64,000 nt of DNA from Eledone cirrhosa. Its lineage: Eukaryota. Positions 52,459-64,000 of this stretch are shown piece after piece. Position numbers and translations under genes: made by a program. The notes beneath the pieces were generated by a model. The model was not told where the DNA came from. It searched no databases and saw only the letters and a program-made list of their open reading frames with translations. The number at the start of each line of letters is the position of its first letter. Position 1 is the stretch's first letter. The stretch covers positions 51,212,001-51,276,000 of the forward strand of contig OZ024749.1 of the NCBI GenBank assembly GCA_964016885.1, read 5' to 3'.

Positions 52459-52756
52459 CATCCAATCCTGGATTACCATCAAGTCCTCGTAAACCATAAT
52501 CTCCTTCTTCTCCTTTCAGTCCTGATAAACCGGGTTCACCTATGTTACCTGATTCACCTTTTAGTCCTGGAACACCTGGTAGGCCTGAGATGCCTGGGTC
52601 TCCACTAGGGCCAGGTAAGCCTGGAGATGCAGGGTATCCATCCCTGCCAGGGTCACCAAATTCACCTTTTGCTCCTGGAAATCCAGGGTCACCATCTCGC
52701 CCTGGGTCCCCTGCAGGTCCCTGTAATCCTGGTAATCCTGCATATCCTCGTTCTCC
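52459..52756 (-). CDS. COL4A: Collagen IV Gly-X-Y exon
   Basis: [22 protein letters not shown]...GNPGLD; 298 nt, phase 0/1. Confidence 0.94.
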
Positions 52757-52955
52757 CTATAAATAATAATAAATATGTTTTTTAAGCCTTAATAATGGTT
52801 TATAATTGAAACACAATGTCAACAATTTTTTTTTTTGGGGGGGGGGGGGGGGCAAAGTTGATAAAGTCCTGTTTTACTCATTTTTGGTAATATTATGGCA
52901 TGATCCTCCCCAAATATATCAAAATATATTTTTAGAATTGAAAAATGCTACTTAC

Positions 52956-53089
52956 TGGACTTCCAGGCAGACCACCACTTGCTTCAGGCCCTGGGAATCC
53001 CTGAGCACCTTTTGTACCTGGTTGACCATCTCTGCCACGGAATCCAGCTGTGCCGGGGAGACCATCAACTCCAGGTAAGCCATCCAGAC
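52956..53089 (-). CDS. COL4A: Collagen IV Gly-X-Y exon
   Basis: [22 protein letters not shown]...GLPGSP; 134 nt, phase 1/0. Confidence 0.92.
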
Positions 53090-53142
53090 CTAAATTTAGA
53101 AAGTACGCACTATTTATGTTGCTCTCTTTAATATTACTCTAT

Positions 53143-53177
<35 letters not shown>

Positions 53178-53426
53178 GATAGATATAGATATATATATAT
53201 ATATATATACATACATATATATATATATAAATATACATATACATACATATACATATACACACACACACATATATATATATACATATATACACATATGCAT
53301 ATACACATATACACACATGTATATATATATGTGTGTATATGTGTATATATATACACATATACATATACACACACACATATATATATATATATACACATAT
53401 ATACACATATATATATATATATATAC

Positions 53427-53462
<36 letters not shown>

Positions 53463-54112
53463 TTTATACTTATATATACAATTAAAAACAGGAAAGGTCA
53501 GTAATTCATTACTACCTTATTACCAGAAAGAAAAATAGCTCAATGAAAATACATCAGATGTTTTACAGAGCTGGAATATAAATGTATCTTTACGATTGTT
53601 CTGTGGAATAGGAGGTTAATTATATGTCTAAACTTTGCTAGTGTTCCGATGATTCCAAATAAAAGTTTGGAAGAAACGATTGTCAGCAATAAAATGTTTT
53701 GAACATAGTTTTGATTATTCTGTAATTTATATATATACATATATATATATACATATATACACATATATATATATACCTATATACACATATATATCATCAT
53801 CATTTCACGTCCGCTTTTCCTTGCTTGCAAGGGTGGGACGGGAACTGATTCTGGCTTGATTTCTACAGCTGGATGCCCTTCCTAACACCAACCTCATTTA
53901 CAGTGAGTGCTGGGTGCTTTTTTACCGTGGCACCTCCACGAACACTTTGCAGTGGAATGATAGGGACCCCAGTCCCTATCATCTCATTTCTACATCTGAG
54001 TAAACTGGAGCAATGTGAAATAAAGTGTCTTGCTCAAGGAAACAACACATCACCCAGTCTGAGAATTGAACTCACAACCTTTCGATTGCAAGGCCAATGC
54101 TCTAACCACTAA

Positions 54113-54172
<60 letters not shown>

Positions 54173-54390
54173 TATGTATATCATCATCACCGTTTTACGT
54201 CCGTTCCTCCATGCTAGCATGGGTTATTAGACGGGTTGTCCTGTTGTGGGCAGTGTCTGGTCGGCTGACCATGCCTTGCTCATACAGGAACTGATTTATA
54301 TATGCTTATATATACATATATATACATATATACATATATACATATATACACATATATCTATACATATAGCATGAAAATAAAACTACTTAC

Positions 54391-54480
54391 CAACAGCTCC
54401 AATTTCTCCTGGGATTCCTTTCAAGCCATCTTTACCCTCATAACCTGTCAAACCTGAAGGTCCTGGTTCACCACGTTCAC
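54391..54480 (-). CDS. COL4A: Collagen IV Gly-X-Y exon
   Basis: GERGEPGPSGLTGYEGKDGLKGIPGEIGAV; 90 nt. Confidence 0.92.
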
Positions 54481-55218
54481 CTGTAATTAAATACACATGA
54501 GAGCATTACTTTATTAATGTTTATTTTGTTGATGAACACTGTAATAACAAGCTGTAAAGTAGTTTATTTTAGGAATGGCAGCCAGCTGTAGAAAGTTTAC
54601 CAAAGAAAGGTTTAGGAGGACCCTTCAGTCGTGTCAAAGACATGACAACCTCCATAGTGCTGGTGATCTACATGATATACACATCCAGTACATGCTATAA
54701 AGTTGTTGGTAACTGCTGTTCTTCTACAAACAACCTTGCCCAGATTTGTGTCCACACTAGCATGGGTTTAGACGGGAATTGTCCCACGTGAGGCAAGATT
54801 GGTTGTCTTGCTCGTATAGGACTATATGGCAGGTTTTCTACGGCTGGATGCCCTTCCTAACACCAACCACGTTTACAGTGTGGACTATATATATATATAT
54901 ATATATATAGGAGAGTATTGAAGTTTGCTTGAAGCATTGTGGAATAATAAGATTTATTATCTTTTGGTCGTTTTGGAAGCCTCAACAATGGGTAATTCTC
55001 CGGGTAACAAGATCCAGTGGTGAAGAGAGAGATGTAAGTGAATGTAGAATGAGATGTATAGTGTGTAGAATGTAGGAAAGAGCGTAAAAAAATAAAAATA
55101 ATAACACGAGATAGAGTTACCTTGGGAGAGATTTAATTGTCCCTATATTTCGGATTGACATCCATCAACTGATATTAATTAACAAAATTAATTAAAAAAA
55201 TAAAAATAAAAACTCTAC

Positions 55219-55314
55219 CTTTCCTTCCTGGGACAGCATCACCCGCTTCACCTTTTTGTCCCGTAAGTCCATTCAAGCCATCGCGACCATTAGCTCCAGG
55301 TAAACCATCAGAAC
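55219..55314 (-). CDS. COL4A: Collagen IV Gly-X-Y exon
   Basis: GSDGLPGANGRDGLNGLTGQKGEAGDAVPGRK; 96 nt. Confidence 0.92.
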
Positions 55315-55349
55315 CTATAAATTAAGATAGTATTATTATATACAGATCT

Positions 55350-56050
55350 CACATCATCATCATCACCATCACCATCACCATCATCACCACCATCATCACC
55401 ATCATCACCACTACCATCATCATCACCATCATCACCATCATCACCACCATCATCACCATCGCCATCATCACCATCATCATCACTACCATCATCATCATCG
55501 CCATCACCACCACTACCATCACCACCATCATCATCCACATCATTGTATTTATCATCATCATTACATTCATCACTATCATCATCAACATCATCAACATCAT
55601 CATATTCATCATCATCATCATCATTATTGTATTCATAATTATCATCGTCATATTCTTTACATTCATAACCATCATCATCATTATATAAATATAAAAACAC
55701 AGACACATTCACACAAATACACATACACATACATTCACACAAATACATACAATCACACAAACACATACAATCACACAAACACACATACATATACATTCAC
55801 ACAAATACACACATATATTCACACATACACATACATTCACACAAACACACACATTCACACAAACACACATACACATACATTCACACAAACACACATACAT
55901 TCACACACGCAAACACACACACATATATTCACACAAACACACATACACATACATTCACACAAACACACATACATTCACACAAACACACATACATTCACAC
56001 ACGCAAACACACGCACACATCTATTCAGACAAACACACACATACACTCAC
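55350..56050. repeat. (CAT/CAC)n then (CA)-rich microsatellite
   Basis: Direct reading. Confidence 0.92.
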
Positions 56051-56570
56051 ACATGGTGTAGCAAATAGAACACCAGCTGCTGTTTTGCTATAGATTTTTT
56101 ACCATCCCCTTCCTTCTTTTTATACACACATACATTCACACAAAAACACACACACACGTTGTGTGACAGACAGAAGTTGCTCAAATTTATATATAGATAA
56201 TATACATGCAAGGAATATGCTTCAGTTTTGATGACAGTATTTAGTTGGATTGGTAGTATCGGTAGAGGGTCGGACGCCATGCTTTGCAGCACAGTTACGT
56301 CCCTTTACGGACTGAGTTTCTAAACCCGCCGAGGTTAACTTTGCCTTTCATCCTTAAGGGGTCGATAAAATAAAGTACCAGTAATACACTGGATTAATTG
56401 CTGGCCTTGTTCCAAAAGTAGAAACAATTATTATTATTTTATCGACTCCCGCTGAGGTTAACTTTGCCTTTCATCCTTAAGGGGTCGATAAAATAAAGTA
56501 CCAGTAATACACTGGGATAATTGCTGGCCTTGTGCCAAAAGTAGAAACAAGTATTTAGTAGAATACATAC

Positions 56571-56729
56571 CTGGGTATCCTGGGTCTCCCTTTTCAGCAG
56601 GATATTGTATACCTGGTTCTCCTTCAGGACCCTCAAGTCCTGGGAAGCCAGGATCTCCCCGTCTACCCTTCGAACCTGGTAGACCATCACGTCCGATACC
56701 ACCCTGAAATCCACTCTCTCCAGCTTCAC
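56571..56729 (-). CDS. COL4A: Collagen IV Gly-X-Y exon
   Basis: GEAGESGFQGGIGRDGLPG...GIQYPAEKGDPGYP; 159 nt. Confidence 0.93.
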
Positions 56730-56910
56730 CTAAATAAAAAGAAATTGGGTAAAAGTATGTACAAATCAACAACATTACTACTGAAATACTATCACAATAC
56801 TATCACATATTATATGAGCATTGGCTGAAAAATTTATAGACTGACAAGGAAGGAGTAATGCTAGAGCTGTGAAATCTTGCATGCATTAATTTCAACTCTT
56901 CTTATTAATA

Positions 56911-57077
56911 CCATATTTCCTGTCTTCAAAGCCGCTACTTTTTTCCTCAAATAAGTCTCAATAATCTACCATGCATCCTAGAGGCCAAAGGTTGTTTATT
57001 ATTTTTTTTTAATTTTTGGTTGTCAAAATTAGGGTGCATCTTCGAGGACAAAGAGTCTTCAGCACTGGAAAATACGG
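56911..57077 (-). mobile_element. pogo/Tc1-like MITE nested in a mariner-type MITE
   Basis: The host sequence CTTATTAATAACTGC is split with a TA duplication on both sides. Confidence 0.85.
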
Positions 57078-57344
57078 TAACTGCATTGTTTCTTTCCACA
57101 GACTATGTTGAAAAATAGACCTCATTTGATCATTCCATGAGAGTATCTTGGTCAGCCTATGAACTTTAGTATACTTTATTTAGTATATTTTAGTATTGTA
57201 AATAATAGAATATTTTGTTTTATGTTCAGAAAAATCGATTGTAAACCGATTTCATCATGATGAGAGCCGTTCGTGAACAGAGGTCCTAGTGTATTCAATT
57301 TCAACTGAGTGAAAATAGACTCCAAAAAGAAATTTAGCCTATAT

Positions 57345-58095
57345 TATAAACCATTATGATGAACACAGTGAAGGAGGCAGAGGATTTGATGCAGGAGGTG
57401 GAGACTGTGTCGATGAGTGTGTGGCTAAGAATGAATGAGATTAAGACGAAATATCTGGTAGAGAATATTAAGAAGCCAGAGAAGACTACTAAAGTAGGCA
57501 GGAAGCCACTAGAATTGGTTGAAGACTTCCTGTATTTGGGAGCAAAGATTGGGAATACGGAAGGTGATGTGGTCAAGAGGAAGAGCAAAGCCTGGGCAGC
57601 ATGCCACAGCTTGAGATCGGTGTGGAAGTTGGACCTTTGTAAAGACCTGAAGATCCGCTTCTTCATTGCTGTAGGGGAGTCTGTGCTGCTCTACGGGTTT
57701 GATACTTGGACACTGACCAAGAAACTCACTTAGATTGTGGATGGGTGGTACACGAGAAGGCTGACGATGGCTCTGAACATTAATCAGTATACACTGAGGA
57801 TGAAGAACTCAGAGCTGTATGGGAGCCACCCAAAAGTCAGCTCAAAAGTGACACAGAGGAGACTGGGTTAGCTGGACATGCTCACCGACATCCAGAGTTG
57901 ACATTGCACTCTCAGTGCTCCTGTGGGAGCCCCTGCATAGACACACTGGAAGAGGAAGACCGACGTTAACATATGTTGATGCCCTAAGGACAGACACTGG
58001 TCTGTTGGAGACGCAGGATGTGGCAGCGATAATGAAGGACAGAGACCGCTGGAGAGAACTTGTCCATGGATCTCGGGAATTTTACCCACCCTACA
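57345..58095 (+). mobile_element. RTE-type LINE fragment (different family) in a collagen intron, antisense
   Basis: MNEIKTKYL...VEDFLYLGAKI...KIRFF...ESVLLYGFDTWTLTK...LLWEPLH...GRGRPTLTYVDAL. Confidence 0.88.
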
Positions 58096-58166
58096 TAGAT
58101 ATGATGAACAAATATATAGAATATCTTTTTATGACAAACTAAAAGAAAATAAAGAAAAAAACTTAC

Positions 58167-58256
58167 CTTTACGTCCAGATAAGCCAGGAAGTCCAGCAAA
58201 GCCTTTTGAACCCCCTCTGCCCAGATATCCAGAGTCACCTTTCACACCAGGGTAAC
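58167..58256 (-). CDS. COL4A: Collagen IV Gly-X-Y exon
   Basis: GYPGVKGDSGYLGRGGSKGFAGLPGLSGRK; 90 nt. Confidence 0.92.
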
Positions 58257-58364
58257 CTAAAGATAAATATTAAAATCATTTTTCAAATATGTATACATTT
58301 CTGACTATATATACACATGCATATGTCTGTGTGTGTGTGTGTGTGTGTGTTGCGTATATATATA

Positions 58365-58414
<50 letters not shown>

Positions 58415-58435
58415 TATTATATATAATATATATAC

Positions 58436-58482
<47 letters not shown>

Positions 58483-58523
58483 AATAATATATAAGATCAA
58501 AAGATGGTTAAATGAGTTCCATG

Positions 58524-58594
58524 TATTTTATTATGCGCATTTCAAAAACAAATATCATCATGCAATAGCATTTGTGTTTTCATCAGATAAAATA
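58524..58594 (-). ncRNA. Type I hammerhead ribozyme motif (same family as 21854-21924), intronic, sense to collagen
   Basis: Core and stems I and III identical to the 21854 copy; substitutions confined to stem II. Confidence 0.85.
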
Positions 58595-58762
58595 TGAGGA
58601 CATGATATGAAGGTTAAAAACACTTGTGGATAGTGCAGTTTTAAATCAACATATCCGATATCTGCATTGCTTTATTGTACTACAATAAAACTCACCTCCT
58701 ACATATATATATACATATATATATGAATTATAAGAATCAAAGAACTGTTCAAAACATTTTTA

Positions 58763-58809
58763 TGCTTACAACTGTTTCCTCCAAACCGAGGTTTGGATTC
58801 TTCAGAGCA
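58763..58809 (-). ncRNA. Minimal type I hammerhead motif, intronic, sense to collagen
   Basis: UGCU-CUGAAGA-A UCCAAAC CUCG GUUUGGA G-GAAA-CAGUUG-UA-AGCA. Confidence 0.8.
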
Positions 58810-58870
58810 ATTTATTTATGAATGAACACTTATATGACCTCCTTTTCATATATATATATATATATAAACT

Positions 58871-58965
58871 AAAGGTTTCAGACAATATTAATAAACATCT
58901 AGATCTGTTATCAGACAGATGATGACAGATCTAGATGTAATATTGTCTAGAGTCTCGAAACCTTT
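58871..58965. repeat. Imperfect hairpin formed from two inverted, degenerate hammerhead-like copies
   Basis: AAAGGTTTC..AGACAATATT..ACATCTAGATCTGTTATCA / TGATGACAGATCTAGATGT AATATTGTCT..GAAACCTTT. Confidence 0.75.
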
Positions 58966-59002
58966 GGTAATGGAGTAGTTATATATTGTGTTGTTCACTT
59001 TC

Positions 59003-59068
<66 letters not shown>

Positions 59069-59071
<3 letters not shown>

Positions 59072-59812
59072 TAAAAAATTGAACGGGAACAAAACAGAGA
59101 GGCAGTACAAACAAAGGTTTATTAGTTTCACGCTCTTGAGAGTGGGGTGGTGGTGGGGAACGACGTTTCGGGCATAAGCCCTTCTTCAGGTGAAAAGTGT
59201 GTGGGAAGAGAGTTCCAAGGGTGTGTAGGGGAGTGGTGGAGAGACATATAGCAAAAAAGGGGGTGAAAGGAAACGGTGCAAATGAAATTAAAAATAAAGG
59301 CATGATCAAAATAAAATTAAAATGGAGTAAAACAGGTGGTGGAAGGGTGTGGGGCGTGTAGGGGTGGTGGCGGGTGGAGTGGGGAGAGGGAGACGGGGTG
59401 TCCGAGCAGGGAGGGCTGAAGATGGTGTGTGTGTGTGTAGGTGTACGTGTGTGTGTGTGCGTGTATGTGAAAGCAAGGGTTGGGGGGAAGAACGGGGTTG
59501 CATGTTCAGGAAGGGGTGTGTGTGGGGTGGGGTGTAGGTCGGAGTGTGTGTGCGTGTGTGGATAGAGGGATGGGGGAGAGGATTCCGGAGGCTGAATGTG
59601 TAAATATGTGGTGGTACGCACGTGTGTGTGTGTGGTGTTTATGCATGTTGTGGATGTAGGTGGCATGCGGGGAAAAAAATCTTTTGGGTGTATGTCCGGG
59701 GGTGAGTCATAAAGGTAATTCCGTAAAAGCATGTGGTGGAATGCTGAGTAAAATCCTTGGGATGCGGTAGATTCTCGGGATCAAGGTTCACATATGTGTA
59801 ATCCGTGAAGAG
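59069..59812 (-). mobile_element. PLE-type 3' remnant between TA tracts
   Basis: Contains a hammerhead. The preceding LHTLGTLFPH resembles the GIY-YIG C-terminal LxTLxPxG motif. AATAAA-like tail next to (TA)n. Confidence 0.55.
59159..59192 (-). ncRNA. Minimal hammerhead motif in a PLE 3' remnant
   Basis: AC-CUGAAGA-A GGGC UUAU GCCC-GAAAC-GUC-GU; typical PLE minimal core with weak stem I. Confidence 0.7.
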
Positions 59813-59835
59813 ATATATATATATATATACACACG

Positions 59836-60445
59836 CATGGTGGCTGCCAACTCGTTTTCGAGTACGGCCACTACTTTATATCCATGTAGGAGAACCCCTA
59901 CCGATGCGCTGAACGAGTGTGACTTTTGAGTCCAGCCAGCGACTTGATAACTCTGGTACAAACACTACACTTGTGACAATTATTGACACATAGTGCTGGG
60001 CCCATGGTACCATGTGACAAGTGCAGAGATCTCCAGATATAAAGCAATGCCTGTGCCATGAAGCTTTTATAGTGAGCAAAGGCACTGCACAGAGCCAGTC
60101 CCACTCTCTTAACCAAGATGATATTTACCAAAAAGTAGAACAAGTCAACATCATTGGATACCATCAGGGTTGCAGGTGTTATATCAGAGTTTTCCTTCTC
60201 CTAGAATTCTGCCTTGACAAAGGCTAAGGGGTCATCTCTCCCGGTGATTTTGGATGGCCATTGACTCTTAAGAGCTCCTTTGCCCTTTGACAGGTTTTGT
60301 TTTTAGTCCTGCAGGATGTCCAAAGTCACCCTCCTCACCAAGAAACCTTGGTGGGGTTGCCAGTTTAGTCGCCAACGACCCGACCATGAAACAGGTTGTA
60401 CTGGGATACATGTTACCAGTAGCACCAACTGGTGACCTGACATAC
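59836..60445 (-). mobile_element. Bipartite non-autonomous RTE-like element (5' UTR fused to 3' end); second copy at 22040-22547 (+)
   Basis: The copies share the 5' block and the 3' terminus (ACTCGAWAAC..G..GGCAGCCAYCA). This copy keeps a C2H2 finger remnant CSVCTRVIKSLAGLKSHTRSAH. Confidence 0.65.
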
Positions 60446-60500
60446 ACGCATACACACATACAAACACACACACAAGTGTTTTAAAAAAATGCTAACATAC

Positions 60501-60671
60501 CATGTGTGCCAGGAAGACCATCTTTCCCTGGTAATCCAGGACGTCCGCTTTTGCCTGGGAGGCCATCATCACCAGGAAATCCAGGATCTCCAATATCTTC
60601 AACATCTGATCTTCTGCCAGGTTGTCCATCTCGACCATCCACTCCTGGGGATCCAGGGAGACCCAAGAGAC
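60501..60671 (-). CDS. COL4A: Collagen IV Gly-X-Y exon
   Basis: [31 protein letters not shown]...GTH; 171 nt. Confidence 0.93.
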
Positions 60672-61425
60672 CTTAGAAACAAAATAAAATTATATTAGAA
60701 ATCTTTGTTTCATATTTATGTAATTTCAGCAATCAAACAATTTACACTAACATTATCTCAAAAATATAACCTAATAAGCTTTCCAGGCTTTTGGGGCTTA
60801 AGTTCCTCCAATAATTTGTTTGAATATATTTGTGCTTTGGTTTTTACTACACTGATTTTCTTTTGAATCTAAATGATAGTGTCTAGTGTCTTTCACTCTG
60901 TGCACAGCATGAAAATCATCCTTCTTAACTTTAGCATTTATATTACTCTATATATATATATACTATCATATTTTTGCCATAAAGGCTTTATCTTACATAA
61001 TTATCTCGCATAATCTCGATTCTATTAGATTTTGATGTTGTTTATTATGAGAACAATATCTTAATGTAAGTATGAACAGCCAGTTTGAACAGAAAGAAGT
61101 GAGAGGATTCTGGCCGGATATGGCCGGTTTAAATGGCAAGCCTTCCAGCACTAAAGGGCTTAAACCCGTCTAGTAAGAGATGGGGAAAGCAGGAGAGACA
61201 GAGGCAGTGACAGTTTGGTTCCATTGTGTTGCTACACTACATTAATACATCATAATGATTTCTTATATAGGCACAAAGCCAACAATATATATATAAAGAG
61301 AGAGAAAGAGAGAGAGGTATGTATTTAAACAAGTTAATTATTTATACACGTTTTTCTTTTCCTGAAGTGTGAATATATTTTGGTGGGTAGACACTGTATA
61401 AAGTTATTTATGATATCATACTTAC

Positions 61426-61539
61426 CATCATCACCATGTGGACCTCTTAATCCTGCTAAACCATCCTGACCTCTAAAGGAATCTCCAGCGGGACCAGCTA
61501 AACCTGGCCCTCCTTCTTTACCAGGGAATCCAGGGTATC
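61426..61539 (-). CDS. COL4A: Collagen IV Gly-X-Y exon
   Basis: GYPGFPGKEGGPGLAGPAGDSFRGQDGLAGLRGPHGDD; 114 nt. Confidence 0.92.
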
Positions 61540-61822
61540 CTTTAAATAAAGAATGAATATGTTAGTTCATTAACAACAGAAGATACCCTGATAGAAATAC
61601 ATACAGGGAAAATACATAAGCATATGCATGCATACATTCATGTGCATATACTGTATATACTCGAATATAAGCCAACCCCCTATTTTATGGCCAAGAAAAT
61701 CCAAACTCTGTATATAACTAGAGGCAGCTAATCAACACATGGTGGTGTTTTGAAATTCTCATGAATGGAGGAAATATTTACAAAGTTTTGAAATTTTTAT
61801 ATTTTTTAAGTGTCATTTAGAT

Positions 61823-62121
61823 CAGTGCTTCTCAAACTATCTGATGTGGCGGACCGGCATTTTTTTTTTTCAATGTGCCACGTACCGCTAATATTTCGTA
61901 GTAATATTAATTTATACCGGAAACGATATATATAATGAATATAATAATAGTTGACCATTTTTTTATCTTCTATTTATTTTGTAAACAAATAATACAATAT
62001 CAAAACATAAAAAAGTAATTAAAAAAATTCCTCAAATGATTCCTTAGCACTAGCCACATACTGGTGGCTGATGGCTCCCGTACCGGCACCGGTCCGTGGG
62101 CCACCACTTTGAATAGCACTG
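61823..62121 (+). mobile_element. hAT-type MITE
   Basis: TIRs CAGTGCTTCTCAAA / TTTGAATAGCACTG; 8-bp TSD ATTTAGAT / ATTTAGAG. Confidence 0.8.
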
Positions 62122-62813
62122 ATTTAGAGTATAGTTTTTATTTCATAAATCAACTATGTAAATTACCCTAAAAATGCTACGACTCCCTAGGGAGTAGATA
62201 TACAGCATTTTTAGGGCATTTTAAAACCATCTACTCTTCAGAATACAGAAAACTTCTTCCAGAAACAGATAGGGAGTGAGAGAATAGAAGTGAGAAAGAT
62301 ATATAGAGGATGAATCGACTCCAGTACAAGACTGGTACTTTTTTTTTATTGACCTCGAATGGATGAAAGGCAAAGTTGACCTCAGTGGGATTTGAACTCA
62401 GAGAGTAGTGAGCCAAAACAAATACAGCAAAGCATTTCTGAGAAGAAAAAGTCAGAACAAATGCTGCAAAATATTCTATCTGATATTCTAACAACTCTGC
62501 TAATTTGCTGCCTATACACATCATATGACAAAATAATAACTGTTTCTACCTTTGGCACAAGGCCAGCAATTACCCCCAATACATTACTGGTACTTTATTT
62601 TATCGACCCTGTAAGGATTAAAGGCAAAGTTAACCTCAGCAGGATTTCAACTTAGATTGTAAAGGGCCGTAACTCTATGTTGCAAAGCATGGTGTCTGAC
62701 GCTCTACCAATACTGCCAGGACTCTCTTACACTTGAATATTTTCAGATTCCTAACAGAAATATTATAGTATATTTTCTGGAAATTAATGAAAGAACTAAT
62801 AAAAATTCTTTAC

Positions 62814-62922
62814 CTTTTTGTCCATGTAATCCTGGAAAACCAGCTGCGCCATCACGACCAGGTAAACCATTGGGACCTTGTTCTCCAGGTACACTTCTTC
62901 CGGAAGATTCTCCAACTTCACC
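62814..62922 (-). CDS. COL4A: Collagen IV Gly-X-Y exon
   Basis: GEVGESSGRSVPGEQGPNGLPGRDGAAGFPGLHGQK; 109 nt, phase 0/1. Confidence 0.92.
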
Positions 62923-63114
62923 CTTTTTGAAAAGAAGATAACACAAGATAAATGTAAAGCAACATATTTGTTATAAACGACCATGTCTTTGATTAATCGA
63001 GCATTATTTTGGCTGGCTTATATTTCATATGAAGGTGCATGGCTTAGTGGCAAGTGTGTTGGACTTATAGTAGCAACATAAAAATGAAGTGTTTTGCTCA
63101 AGAACACTACACAC

Positions 63115-63432
63115 AAGAAGAAGGCAAAGAAGAAGGCAAAGAAGAAGAAAAAGAAAAAGAAAAAGAAAAAGGAGGAGGAAGCGAAGAAGAAGAAGAAGAA
63201 GAAGAAGAAGAAGAAGAAGAAAGCAAAGAAGAAGAAGAAGCAAAGAAGAAGAAGAAGCAAAGAAGAAGAAGAAGAAGAAGAAGAAGGAGGAGAAGAAGAA
63301 GAAGAAGAAGAAGAAGAAGAAGAAGGGGAGGAGGCGAAGAAGAAAGGGGAGGCGAAGAAGAAGGGGGAGGAGGAGGCAAAGAAGAAGAAGAAAAAGAAGG
63401 CCAACAACAACAACAAAGAAGAAGAGAACAAC
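63115..63432. repeat. (GAA)n purine tract in a collagen intron
   Basis: Direct reading. Confidence 0.95.
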
Positions 63433-63444
63433 AACTTTACTCAC

Positions 63445-63659
63445 CTTTGGTCCAGGAAAACCTATTATACCAGGATTTCCCTCCCGTCCAGGATTTCCTC
63501 GCATTCCTTTGGGAGCTGTGCTACCCATCATTCCTGGATAACCATCTTCTCCTGCTTCTCCTGTTGGGCCATCACGTCCAGGAATACCACTGACTCCAGG
63601 TTCACCAACTCTACCAGGGAAACCAGGTGCACCTTTAAGACCCGGTCGACCACCAAGAC
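63445..63659 (-). CDS. COL4A: Collagen IV Gly-X-Y exon (most 5' exon in window)
   Basis: GLGGRPGLKGAPGFPG...GIIGFPGPK; 215 nt, phase 1/0. Confidence 0.93.
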
Positions 63660-64000
63660 CTGTAATGAGAACAATAACATTTGCAATGTTATACCACTTT
63701 GATTAATCCACATATTAACATATTTTTTAGAAAGTAAATATAATACAGGAACCCTTTCGTTACCATGTTTCTAATTAAATGCACAGCTTATATCATCATC
63801 ATCACCATTTTATGTCCATTTTTCCATGCTAGCATGGGTTAGACAAGTTGTTCTGTTGTGGGCAATGCTAGGTCAGGTGACTATGTCTTGTTCATACAGA
63901 GCTGATTTTGGCCCGATTTCTATGGCTGGATGCTCTTCCTAATGCCAACCTCATTTACAGTGAGTACTGGGTGCTTTTTGTTGTGACACCTATATGACCA

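Larger units (their letters stand above)
44041..63659 (-). other. COL4A: Type IV collagen alpha chain gene, 3' portion (20 exons in window; 5' part lies beyond 64000)
   Basis: Interrupted Gly-X-Y exons followed by a full two-repeat NC1 domain. All junctions are GT-AG and phases match throughout. Confidence 0.97.

Noticed and set aside
54950-55010. Decayed hammerhead-like sequence after (TA)n (similar at 32050-32105 and 20515-20552)
   Set aside because: Two or more core positions are mutated and stems incomplete; not counted.
55121-55168. Possible 48-nt poison exon in collagen (ag...gtaact, in-frame TAG)
   Set aside because: The upstream intron would be only about 50 nt, the flanking exons already join in phase, and it lies in a probable repeat remnant; needs RNA-seq.
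60365-60440. HDV-like or twister ribozyme in the RTE-derived element
   Set aside because: Could not complete P1/P1.1/P3 or the twister pseudoknots by eye; kept only as an unassigned structured-RNA candidate.
63018-63444. Poly-K/E/R/F ORFs
   Set aside because: Intronic (GAA)n tract; the real exon is 63445-63659.

Overview
AT-rich, microsatellite-dense animal genomic DNA. The repeat repertoire suggests an octopod cephalopod (inference only). Almost all long ORFs in the supplied track are microsatellite artefacts. Two spliced genes lie on the minus strand. (1) The 3' part of a type IV collagen alpha chain: 20 exons rebuilt by hand, 63659 to 44041, all GT-AG and phase-compatible, ending in a complete NC1 domain. 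(2) The first three coding exons of a kexin/furin-family proprotein convertase, 3335 to 307, continuing off the window, with an atypical RHKK pro-segment site. The rest is mobile DNA: a near-full-length Penelope-like element (PLE; RT plus C-terminal GIY-YIG), a second truncated PLE family, RTE LINE fragments, tRNA-derived SINEs, several MITE families and TE-derived tandem arrays. The main hidden signal is about nine foldable and several degenerate minimal type-I hammerhead ribozyme motifs from several sequence families. Nearly all sit in or beside (TA)n or other dinucleotide tracts. Several are locked inside fold-back duplications, and four are in sense orientation inside introns of the two genes. 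The PLE also carries its own promoter and ORF start at its 3' end, cut off by the (TA)n target, and has a long insertion between RT motifs A and B'. All folds and coordinates were derived by eye and need computational confirmation.
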